Source: Thermoproteota archaeon (lineage in GTDB: Archaea > Thermoproteota > Thermoprotei > Gearchaeales > Gearchaeaceae). Taken from it: DNA of 64,000 nt. Every line of letters begins with the position of its first letter. The stretch's first letter is position 1. The notes beneath the pieces are model-generated. The model was not told the DNA's origin, made no database searches, and saw only the letters and a program-made list of their open reading frames with translations. A program made the position numbers and the translations under genes. Of the stretch, positions 32,643-40,878 are shown piece by piece. The stretch lies in the NCBI GenBank assembly GCA_041640715.1, contig JBEPZU010000001.1:10535-74534 (forward strand). The letters run 5' to 3'.

Positions 32643-33565
32643 AATGTAGCTATTGTGATGGAGAAGTATTTTATCACAGGAGATATTCAGGGGAGAAACT
32701 CTGCAAGAAGCATTTCATAGAGACTTTCATCTCGAGAGTAGCCAAAACCATTTCTGAAAAGAAGTTACTTTCATGGAACGATTCGATAATGGTCGCAGTT
32801 TCTGGCGGAAAGGATAGCCTAACTGCTTTACATGTTTTAAGCATAATCGAAAAAGATTTCCCTAATGTCAAGCTTTTTGCGGTGACTATAGATGAAGGAA
32901 TAAGTAATTATACGGAGTTGAGAGTTAAGCATACAGATATTCTTTGCAAAAAGCTAGGCATAGATTACTACGTTTTCACCTATAAGGACTTCTATGGATA
33001 TAGATTAGAGGAGATTGTAAAGACATCGAAAGAGAAAGGTATCAAGCTAGAACCTTGCTCTTACTGCGGCGTTTTAAGAAGAAAGCTACTGAATGTAGCA
33101 GCAAAAAAATTAAAGGCGACAAAAGTAGTTACTGGCCATAACTTGGACGATGAGGTACAAACTTTCATGATGAATCTTATGAGAGGAGATGTGGATAGGT
33201 TGATAAGGTTTTTTGGACCTTTGGAGATTAAAGAAGGCTTTGTACCTAGGGTTAAACCTTTGAGATATACTTATGAAGAAGAGATAATGATTTATTCTAT
33301 TTTAAATGATTTCCCTCTTTTCGAGACCGAATGTAGATTCGTGAAATTCTCAATGCGTGATTCTATAAGGAAGCTTCTCAACGATCTTGAAGCTGAAAAT
33401 CCTGGGTCTAAATACATGATGCTGAAAAGTGCAGAGAAAATGGTTGAATACTTAACTGAGATCAACAAACCCGTAAAGCTTAATTATTGTAGAAGCTGTG
33501 GAGAACCTACTTCAGGAGAAATTTGTAGGGCTTGCTCTTTATTAGAAGAACTAGGTATTGAGTGA
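32639..33565 (+). CDS. tRNA 2-thiolation protein, TtuA/Ncs6 family
   Basis: SGGKDS PP-loop, CSYCGVLRR, TGHNLDD, terminal zinc fingers. Confidence 0.92.
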   Translation: MKCSYCDGEVFYHRRYSGEKLCKKHFIETFISRVAKTISEKKLLSWNDSIMVAVSGGKDSLTALHVLSIIEKDFPNVKLFAVTIDEGISNYTELRVKHTDILCKKLGIDYYVFTYKDFYGYRLEEIVKTSKEKGIKLEPCSYCGVLRRKLLNVAAKKLKATKVVTGHNLDDEVQTFMMNLMRGDVDRLIRFFGPLEIKEGFVPRVKPLRYTYEEEIMIYSILNDFPLFETECRFVKFSMRDSIRKLLNDLEAENPGSKYMMLKSAEKMVEYLTEINKPVKLNYCRSCGEPTSGEICRACSLLEELGIE

Positions 33566-33571
33566 TTGAAA

Positions 33572-33892
33572 GGCGGCGGTGCTCACATGTAAACATACAA
33601 CAATGGGTTATGAAGCCCCACACTTCCATTCAAGCCTGTTACCTACGAACGTAGCCACTCTTCATTAGAGCCGCTCCCTTCCGGGCCTAACTCGGTTCTG
33701 AAGATTAGCCCCATTCTCCTCTCCTCCGAGAGGAGTGCGGGGCTGTGACTACCCCGTAGGGCAGGCTTTCATCACTTCCGTGTGAGTCCTCGTAACCCAT
33801 TGTTGTACATTTACATGTGTTACTGGCCCTGCCATATCGACCGTTTGCAGTTAGCAAGGGAGGCCGAGCCCCTTAGCCCTACCACCGCCGCC
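33572..33892 (-). ncRNA. ffs: Signal recognition particle (7S) RNA
   Basis: 321 nt closed by GGCGGCGGTG/CACCGCCGCC; helix 8 GAACCGAGTTAGGCCCGGAAGGGAGCGGCTC; helix 6 with GGAG loop. Confidence 0.95.
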
Positions 33893-34177
33893 ATTATCTT
33901 AATCTCCTTTTTGTTATTTTAATTTTACAGATCGTTGAGAAGGAAACGCTCTAGCCTTGTAACCATGGGTGGTCCTTTAACTTAAATCTCGTCCAAACTT
34001 GATTAGGAATGCTTAAGGTGGCTTTGTAGCTTTTCAGTCCAAGCTTGATTATGTATTCTATGAATATGTTGCGTTTTGCAATTCCGCGAAGTAGCTCTCT
34101 TGAACCCAATCTTGTTTCAGGGTGATGTTTATATCTCTTCAGGAATCAAAAGTAAGGGATTTGGACCTATTATATGA

Positions 34178-34261
34178 CGCCGGGAGTGGGATTTGAACCC
34201 ACGAGGGGAAACCCCCACAGGCTTAGCAAGCCTGCGCCTTACCTGGCTAGGCTATCCCGGC
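34178..34261 (-). tRNA. tRNA-Ser(GCU)
   Basis: Reverse complement cloverleaf, anticodon arm CAGGC-TTGCTAA-GCCTG; near-identical to tRNA-Ser(GGA). Confidence 0.98.
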
Positions 34262-34290
34262 TTTATTTCTTACAATAGAAAATATAGACT

Positions 34291-35244
34291 ATGGAAATAT
34301 ATAACTACGTAACTGTAGGGCTTTTATCTTATGATGAAATAATTAACGAAGGAAAAAGCTCAAAAATTTTCGGTGGTTCTGTTTTATATGCTTCAATACA
34401 AGCTTCTTTGCTTTCCAAAAAAGCTGCCATCATATCTGCTATAGGTTCAAATGAGCTGATCAGCTTCAAGGAATTACTAAAACATTATGGTCTTTCAGCA
34501 ATAGACCTCAAAGTGTATGAAGGTCCTACGCTTTCTTTCATCAATGAATATTATGAAGCAAATAAGAGAAGACAAAAAGTGAGGAACTTCAAGCCTCTAA
34601 AGATCGATCTTAAATCTTTAAGTTATTTCGAAACAGGATGCTTACATCTAGGTCCAATATTAGACGAGCTTGACTTGCATTCTTTAGAAGAGGTCGAATT
34701 AAACAGCGATTTAATAGTGTTAGATGCACAAGGTTTATGCAGAACTGTGGTAAACGAAGATGTTAAACCAAAGAACGTAGAAGATACTCATTTTTTAAGC
34801 AGCATAGATATACTTAAATGCAACCTCGAGGAGCTTTTCTTAATATCAAAATGTAAGGACGTCGAAGAAGCTTCTCTTAAAATCCTAGAAAAAGGATGTA
34901 AGATTCTTGTAACTACCTTGGGAGAGAAGGGCAGTTTCGTGTTTTCCAAAGAAGGTTTGTTCTATTTTCCTCCTTACAAACCCAATAAAGTAGTTGATCC
35001 TACTGGTGCAGGTGATGTCTTTCTTTCTTCTTTCTCGATAAGTTTTATAGATACTAAAGAATTGAGGTTTGCAGGTCTATTCGCTTCTTCAGCATCATCG
35101 TTTGCAGTAGAAGGATTAGGCTTTTCCTCTTTAGCGAATAAAAAGACTATATTGGAAAGAATAGAAGAGCAGCGGATCAAAGAAATGAAGATGAATTTCA
35201 AGGAATTGAAAGGTATCTTGAATAAGGGTTTGGTTAATCAATAA
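34291..35244 (+). CDS. PfkB/ribokinase-family carbohydrate kinase
   Basis: GGSVLYAS, TLGEKGS, DPTGAGDVF. Confidence 0.93.
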   Translation: MEIYNYVTVGLLSYDEIINEGKSSKIFGGSVLYASIQASLLSKKAAIISAIGSNELISFKELLKHYGLSAIDLKVYEGPTLSFINEYYEANKRRQKVRNFKPLKIDLKSLSYFETGCLHLGPILDELDLHSLEEVELNSDLIVLDAQGLCRTVVNEDVKPKNVEDTHFLSSIDILKCNLEELFLISKCKDVEEASLKILEKGCKILVTTLGEKGSFVFSKEGLFYFPPYKPNKVVDPTGAGDVFLSSFSISFIDTKELRFAGLFASSASSFAVEGLGFSSLANKKTILERIEEQRIKEMKMNFKELKGILNKGLVNQ

Positions 35245-35252
35245 TTTCTTAA

Positions 35253-35326
35253 TGGGCCGGCCCGGATTTGAACCGGGGACCTTCGCCTCGTAAGGGCGAC
35301 ATCCTACCAGTCTAGACTACCGGCCC
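35253..35326 (-). tRNA. tRNA-Val(UAC)
   Basis: GGGCCGG...TCGCC-CTTACGA-GGCGA...CCCGGTTCAAATCCGGG-CCGGCCCA. Confidence 0.98.
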
Positions 35327-35848
35327 TTTCTCTGCTTCTCTTATTATATTTTCTATTTCTTGAATTTTCTTTTTTAATTTATTTATAATATGGGTATTAT
35401 CCTTAATTTCTAAAACAGAGTTACAACCTTCTATATTGCATATATAATTGTTTGTAATAGCTTCGCTTTCGAGCATTCTTATCTTATGTACAGGGCATTC
35501 GTAAAAAGTATTTTCTTCTTCGTATTTTAATCTCTGTTTAAGCTTTTTAAGTGTATTTTTAAGTCTATCAAGGATTACTTCATTGAGTTTATTCAACTTG
35601 AAGGTAGCATTATAAATATACCAACCTGATTTCTCATCCCTTTCCTTAATGAAATCTACCAATCCTAGATTGAAAAGATCATAAAGAATTTTTCTTACAA
35701 CTGTGATTTTAAGATCAGATTGCTTTGCTAACCATTCTTCGCTTACAGCCTCCTTTTCTAGCATGTAAGAAACTACGATAGCAGCCTCACGTCTTAAAAG
35801 CATAGAAATCGCCTTAAGTATGTATTCCTTTTCTTCTTTTGTTACCAT
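35312..35848 (-). CDS. tfe: Transcription factor E alpha
   Basis: VRKILYDL winged helix, RDEKSGWYIY, LKYEEENTFYECP zinc ribbon. Confidence 0.93.
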   Translation of the reverse strand: MVTKEEKEYILKAISMLLRREAAIVVSYMLEKEAVSEEWLAKQSDLKITVVRKILYDLFNLGLVDFIKERDEKSGWYIYNATFKLNKLNEVILDRLKNTLKKLKQRLKYEEENTFYECPVHKIRMLESEAITNNYICNIEGCNSVLEIKDNTHIINKLKKKIQEIENIIREAEKGPVV

Positions 35849-35873
35849 ATTGTTTTTTTAAATCAACCTATAA

Positions 35874-36359
35874 TTATTCTATATCGATATCTACGATATC
35901 TCCTAGTGTCAATTCTGATTTGGCCGTTTTATTCAGCTTTTTTTCTTCTAAATTAACTTGTTCGAGAAGGTTAATCTTTAAAGTTTTCTCCAGCTTCTTT
36001 GCCACCTCTATAGTAGGTTTCATCTTTCCTCCTTCTATCTTTTTCACAAGCGAAAGTTTTTCACCTATGATTGAAGCGAGCATATCCTGAGTCAATCCCA
36101 TATTCTCTCTAGCCTTTTTTATCACTTGAGCAAAATCTTCTCTAATTTCAAGTTCGATTTCTTTAGCAATCGAAGGTTTATTCGATTCCTTTTTAACTTG
36201 GGGTACAATTTTTCTTAGGGTCGGCTTAGTTGGAGTTTTTACTTGAATTACTTTACCTAGTACCTTACAATCTTCACATACCTTCATATATCTCCTTCCA
36301 ATTTCGATTACAAAAGTATTTGTTACGGGTTTACCACAGATTTCGCAATACACTTCCAA
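35874..36359 (-). CDS. mbf1: Multiprotein bridging factor aMBF1
   Basis: CEICG...VCEDC zinc ribbon, HTH ARENMGLTQ, LTLGDIV. Confidence 0.95.
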   Translation of the reverse strand: MEVYCEICGKPVTNTFVIEIGRRYMKVCEDCKVLGKVIQVKTPTKPTLRKIVPQVKKESNKPSIAKEIELEIREDFAQVIKKARENMGLTQDMLASIIGEKLSLVKKIEGGKMKPTIEVAKKLEKTLKINLLEQVNLEEKKLNKTAKSELTLGDIVDIDIE

Positions 36360-36394
36360 AAATCATTAATATGATATTTATCTTTTTATAATGT

Positions 36395-36877
36395 GTGAGT
36401 TTAAATCCATATATTGCCTTGAGGAATTTGGCTAGATATCAATTTGGCATAGAAGCAGGAGATGCCTTATTCAGGCATGATCTGATCAATAGTATGAAAA
36501 TCAAGTATTCTAGGAATACAGGACGAATTCGCTATGTATTCTTAATGGATAAGCCCTATCTTTCAGTTAGGACTTCAGACGGTTTTCTAACACTTTCTAT
36601 TCCAGCAGCTAAGGTATTACTTGAATCTTTAAATTCTTCCGAATTTTTCGTAACTGTATACAATCAATTCGTTAATTATATTTATAGCAAAAAGGAAGTC
36701 TTGACTAAACACATCAAGAGCGCAGATCCTAAATTAAAAAGTGGTTGCGAAGTGGTTGTGATAGACGAAGATAGAAGACTAATAGGTGTAGGTAGAGCCA
36801 TGTTAAACGGTGATGAAATGTTAGAAATTAAAAGAGGTATAGGTATTAAATTGCGTAAAGTGGTTAGAAATGTTTAG
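36395..36877 (+). CDS. PUA-domain RNA-binding protein (archaeosine TGT C-terminal-like)
   Basis: YQFG, SRNTGRIRYV, SDGFLTLS, PUA domain EVVVIDE..LIGVGRA. Confidence 0.85.
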   Translation: MSLNPYIALRNLARYQFGIEAGDALFRHDLINSMKIKYSRNTGRIRYVFLMDKPYLSVRTSDGFLTLSIPAAKVLLESLNSSEFFVTVYNQFVNYIYSKKEVLTKHIKSADPKLKSGCEVVVIDEDRRLIGVGRAMLNGDEMLEIKRGIGIKLRKVVRNV

Positions 36878-37223
36878 AAAATCTCTCAATAGGGAAACTA
36901 TTAGGATGTTACAGAGAATGGGTGTTACTTTCGAAAACATCGAAGGTGTTGAAGAGGTTCATCTTAAATTTAAGGATAAGACAATAATACTCAAGAATCC
37001 TGAGGTCATGATAACTAAGGTTGGTGGTCAAAAATTATATCAAATTTCGTCTTCTGAAGAAATAGAGGAGAAACATCTACCAAGCTATGAACCTAATGAG
37101 GAAGACATTCAGTTAGTAATGCAGCAGACCAATGCGAGTAGAGAAGAAGCAATAACTGCTCTTAAGGAAACTGAAGGAGATATAGCCGCAGCTATATTGT
37201 TAGTGAAAGCTAGGAAAAGTTGA
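36870..37223 (+). CDS. nac: Nascent polypeptide-associated complex protein
   Basis: MLQRMG, EEDIQLVMQQT...GDIAAAI UBA domain. Confidence 0.95.
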   Translation: MFRKSLNRETIRMLQRMGVTFENIEGVEEVHLKFKDKTIILKNPEVMITKVGGQKLYQISSSEEIEEKHLPSYEPNEEDIQLVMQQTNASREEAITALKETEGDIAAAILLVKARKS

Positions 37224-37750
37224 AGTTCTTCTACTTAGAGAATTATGGCTCTTGGATAGGTATTTCTTCTTTTGCATTCAAAGAAGTCGATCAAAAAGAA
37301 ATACTGGCTTATGTGGATAATTTAAAGAAAAAATTTGAGTTATTCCAAATCATAGATGCAGATAAAGTCTGTTCTATCATTCAAATACTAAGTAGCGTAC
37401 ATAGGACTTATAGGGCTTTTTCTTCTTCCCAAAACATAGCTAAGGATTTTTCTATAGAGTTTTTGATAAGGTTAAGCGGTAAAAGGCAGATCGTCGATGC
37501 GATAAAAATGCTAGGCATAAAAGAGGATACAAAAAATGGCGTAGTAATATGTGCTGGTAAAAATTTGGAAGAAATAAAAAATATTATAACATATATTTTA
37601 GATAAATTTTCGCGCGAAGAAAATGAAAATTTTATAGAAATTTATAGTAAAGAAAAAGAAGAAATTTTAAGAAAGACTTATGAATTAAGAAGTCCTTTTA
37701 TTATTAAAGAAATATTAATGAAAATTTCTTTAATAGAATTTCAAATATAA
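37220..37750 (+). CDS. cgi121: KEOPS complex subunit Cgi121
   Basis: QIIDAD, NIAKDFSIEFLIRLSGKRQIVDAIKMLG. Confidence 0.88.
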   Translation: MKFFYLENYGSWIGISSFAFKEVDQKEILAYVDNLKKKFELFQIIDADKVCSIIQILSSVHRTYRAFSSSQNIAKDFSIEFLIRLSGKRQIVDAIKMLGIKEDTKNGVVICAGKNLEEIKNIITYILDKFSREENENFIEIYSKEKEEILRKTYELRSPFIIKEILMKISLIEFQI

Positions 37751-38290
37751 TTATGAAACTAATTCTTTAATAGCTTTTTGTCTAATTTTATGTAAAAAGA
37801 AAATTTGTTCCCTTTTAATTACAGAAATACCTGCGTATTCACTTAATATTTCTATTAGAATAATATAATCGAAGTTTTCAAGGTCCACCTTTCTGTTAAT
37901 ACGAGAGGCTATCCTCTCAATAAGTTCTTTAGTAGATATTTGTGCATTTCGTCTTGTAATGCTGATTCTATATTTGTATCCTTCTTCGATTTTGCTTGCT
38001 AGACTAATAGCAGCGGCTATTATTTCTTCTCGATCTAGCTTAACGATGGTTTCTATCGGTATAGCTTTCAAAATATAACGAATACTCCAAACTTTTTCAG
38101 AAGCGAATTTTATCAATTCCTCAACAGCTTTGACAGGTTCAAAGTTGGTCTTTAATAAGACGAGACCAGGCATATTGAACTTTAATACTTCGAATTCATT
38201 ATATCCTAGTCTAGATAAAATATACCATGCTTCTTGAGCGCAATCATCCTCCCTACCCTTGTAGGTGGTCAATAGTATACCTTTAGCCAT
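37751..38290 (-). CDS. THUMP-domain protein (Tan1-like)
   Basis: KAIPI, YRISITRR, KVDLENFDYIILIEI. Confidence 0.88.
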   Translation of the reverse strand: MAKGILLTTYKGREDDCAQEAWYILSRLGYNEFEVLKFNMPGLVLLKTNFEPVKAVEELIKFASEKVWSIRYILKAIPIETIVKLDREEIIAAAISLASKIEEGYKYRISITRRNAQISTKELIERIASRINRKVDLENFDYIILIEILSEYAGISVIKREQIFFLHKIRQKAIKELVS

Positions 38291-38615
38291 GATTTATTAT
38301 GAGGATCGCCCGACTATTTTTAAATTTGTTAATTAAATTTCTTTTGTTTTTGAATCTAGTTTTAGAGCAATACAAAGGGCCTTTATAGAGGTTAAGCAAT
38401 ACCTTTATGACCAAATTATTTAAGAGTTCAGTTTTTGTAGTTTTAGTCTTAGAAATCTCTGTGTATTTGCCTTTCAAAATCGATGGATTAGTGCTACATA
38501 AAAAAAATTTTCCTTGATGTTCTAAAACCATTTCCAATCCTTCCCATCTTTCTATCAAGGAGAAAAATTCATTCAAACTTGATTCGTTTATTTCTTCCAT
38601 CCAAAGCAGTATCAT
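38283..38615 (-). CDS. Hypothetical protein
   Basis: 110-aa ORF overlapping the THUMP start; TTTATAAA at 38641-38648 upstream; no recognised motif. Confidence 0.6.
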   Translation of the reverse strand: MILLWMEEINESSLNEFFSLIERWEGLEMVLEHQGKFFLCSTNPSILKGKYTEISKTKTTKTELLNNLVIKVLLNLYKGPLYCSKTRFKNKRNLINKFKNSRAILIINHG

Positions 38616-38653
38616 ATCATCATGTTTTTAAAGAAGTTAGTTTATAAATATCC

Positions 38654-38740
38654 ATGGCTGAGGAAGAAGGTTTCGAGGAATTTGAAGAACTAGAAGAGTT
38701 TGAAGAATTCGAGGAATTCGAGGAAATAGAAGAGTTTTAA
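38654..38740 (+). CDS. Acidic tripeptide-repeat micro-protein (28 aa)
   Basis: MAEEEGFEEFEELEEFEEFEEFEEIEEF*; TTTTTAAA at 38625-38632; T6 tract at 38745-38750. Confidence 0.7.
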   Translation: MAEEEGFEEFEELEEFEEFEEFEEIEEF

Positions 38741-38790
38741 AAAATTTTTTAGGTGAGTTTTTAAGTAAGTTTATTTATTAAATTGGATAC

Positions 38791-39045
38791 ATGCAATTCT
38801 GTCCAAAATGCAATAACTTAATGATTCCTAAGAAGACTGAAAAAGGGATAAAGTTGGTATGTATAAAGTGCGGTTATTCAAAAAAAGTCAAAAAAATTGA
38901 TATGAAGCTCGTCATAAAAACTTCTACGAGAAAAAGCAAGGAAATTGCCTTATCTACACCTGAAGAGATAAAAGCGCGTGAAGAAGAAAAACTATTATTA
39001 GAAGAGTTATATAAAGATGCTTTAGAGTACTTTGAAACAGATTAG
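38791..39045 (+). CDS. TFS/RpoM paralogue with N-terminal zinc ribbon only (TFS2-like)
   Basis: MQFCPKCNNLM...CIKCGY then an acidic helical tail; no QTRxADE C-terminal ribbon. Confidence 0.8.
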   Translation: MQFCPKCNNLMIPKKTEKGIKLVCIKCGYSKKVKKIDMKLVIKTSTRKSKEIALSTPEEIKAREEEKLLLEELYKDALEYFETD

Positions 39046-40837
39046 CGCAATAAGGATAGCGATAGTAGATAGAGATTATTGCAAGTCTGATAAATGCAAC
39101 TTTGAGTGTAATAGATTTTGCCCTATAGTAAGAGCAGGTAAAAATATCGTAGTACTAGATGATCAAGGCAAGGCTGTAATAGATGAAATAGGTTGCATAG
39201 GTTGCGGAATTTGTGCTGAAAAGTGTCCTTTTCACGCAATAGATATAATAAATCTTGCTACAGAACCCAACGTGCCTTGCGTTCACCAATATGGTCCCAA
39301 TGCTTTTAGACTTTACGGCCTGCCTGTAATAAGGTATGGTAAAGCTACGGGAATGATAGGTATGAACGGTGCAGGCAAGTCCACCGCTATAAATATCTTA
39401 GCTAAAAAACTTTATCCAAATCTGGGTTATTTAGATAAAAGGCCTGAATTTGAAGAGATCATAGCTAAATTCAAAGGGAGTGAGATTCATAGATACTTGA
39501 AAGATCTTTATGATAATAAGATTAGGGTTGCGCTTAAGCCACAGGATATACATGAAATTCCTCTACTCCTTAAAGGAACTGTAAGAGAATTACTCAAATT
39601 CGCGGAAAACAAAGAAATCTTAGAAATTATTAAAGAAACTCTTGGGATAACCAAATTCCTGGATAGAAAGATTTCTTTATTAAGCGGTGGAGAGTTACAA
39701 CTTTTCGCTATAACTTTCTCCCTTTCTAAAGAGGCGGATATCTATTTCTTAGACGAACCCTGTAGTTACCTAGATGTCCATCAAAGGCTTAAACTGACAA
39801 CACTTCTAGATCAGTTGTTGGAAAAAGGTAAGACTATGCTTTTAGTGGAGCATGATTTCTCAATCCTTGATTATTTGTGTGATACAGTATGCATAGTATA
39901 TGGTAAGCCTAAGGCTTATGGCATGATATCCTTACCTTATTCTACAAACGCAGGCATAAACGCCTATTTTGAGGGTTTTCTGCCCCATGAAAACGTTAGA
40001 ATAAGGAAGACTCCTATAAGATTTCAACTTAGAAAGTTGGAAAGAGTTTCCCAAGAATCTTACAAATATTTGGTTTGGTCTAACTTGAAGATAAAAATAG
40101 GAGATTTCTCGTTAAATGTAGAGGAAGGCTTTGCTAATAAAGGAGAAGTACTGGGAATATTAGGCCCCAATGGAATAGGTAAAACGACCTTTATTAAAGC
40201 CATTGTAGGTGAGATAAAGGATTTCGAAGGAGAAATATACACAACCGAAGAATCACCCAAATTGAGTTATAAACCCCAGGTATTCAGCTTTGAGGATGAG
40301 GGGAAGATGGTCAAAGATCATTTAATTTCGATCAATAAAGAATATGCTAAGAATGAATGGATTATCGATGAGATAATCAAGCCTTTAAGAATAGATCAAA
40401 TATTTGAAAGAAAGATTGAGGATCTCAGTGGAGGAGAAAAACAGGCGTTGATGGTTGCTTCAACGCTTCTCAAAGAAGCAGATATGTACGTTTTAGATGA
40501 GCCTAGTGCTTTTCTAGATGTTGAACAAAGATTGACGTTGGCTAAGTTGCTTAAGAAATACGCTCAGACTTTCAGGAAATTGGTCATGGTCGTAGAACAT
40601 GATCTAATAATACAAGATTTCGCTGTAGATTCCATAATGGTTTTTAAAGGGATACCTGCTTCAAGGGGATATGCTACTAGTCCTCTATCTTTGAAAGAGG
40701 GCTTTAATGTTTTTCTTAAGGATTTAGGAATAACTTTTAGGAGGGATAAGAGAACAAACAGGCCTAGAATAAACAAGCCTAATTCTAGTCTTGATAGGTA
40801 TCAAAAGGAAATAGGCGAATATTATTTCATAGAATAG
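39032..40837 (+). CDS. rli: ABCE1 (Rli1) ribosome recycling ATPase
   Basis: Fe-S domain CIGCGICAEKCP, two ABC cassettes, ITFRRD..RPRINK. Confidence 0.98.
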   Translation: MKQISAIRIAIVDRDYCKSDKCNFECNRFCPIVRAGKNIVVLDDQGKAVIDEIGCIGCGICAEKCPFHAIDIINLATEPNVPCVHQYGPNAFRLYGLPVIRYGKATGMIGMNGAGKSTAINILAKKLYPNLGYLDKRPEFEEIIAKFKGSEIHRYLKDLYDNKIRVALKPQDIHEIPLLLKGTVRELLKFAENKEILEIIKETLGITKFLDRKISLLSGGELQLFAITFSLSKEADIYFLDEPCSYLDVHQRLKLTTLLDQLLEKGKTMLLVEHDFSILDYLCDTVCIVYGKPKAYGMISLPYSTNAGINAYFEGFLPHENVRIRKTPIRFQLRKLERVSQESYKYLVWSNLKIKIGDFSLNVEEGFANKGEVLGILGPNGIGKTTFIKAIVGEIKDFEGEIYTTEESPKLSYKPQVFSFEDEGKMVKDHLISINKEYAKNEWIIDEIIKPLRIDQIFERKIEDLSGGEKQALMVASTLLKEADMYVLDEPSAFLDVEQRLTLAKLLKKYAQTFRKLVMVVEHDLIIQDFAVDSIMVFKGIPASRGYATSPLSLKEGFNVFLKDLGITFRRDKRTNRPRINKPNSSLDRYQKEIGEYYFIE

Positions 40838-40878
40838 CTTTTTAATACATTTAAATTGCTAGCGGTACTTTATTTAAC

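Noticed and set aside
33560..33900. Permuted or BHB-circularised SRP RNA as in Thermoproteus
   Set aside because: Helix order is canonical and the flanks do not form a convincing 4-bp BHB helix
24069..34261. Near-identical 84-bp direct repeats as attL/attR of an integrated element
   Set aside because: Both are full tRNA-Ser genes with different anticodons, and the enclosed genes are core housekeeping with no integrase
38672..38737. CRISPR array or non-coding VNTR
   Set aside because: 9-nt units without spacers; variation is synonymous or conservative within an ATG-to-TAA frame
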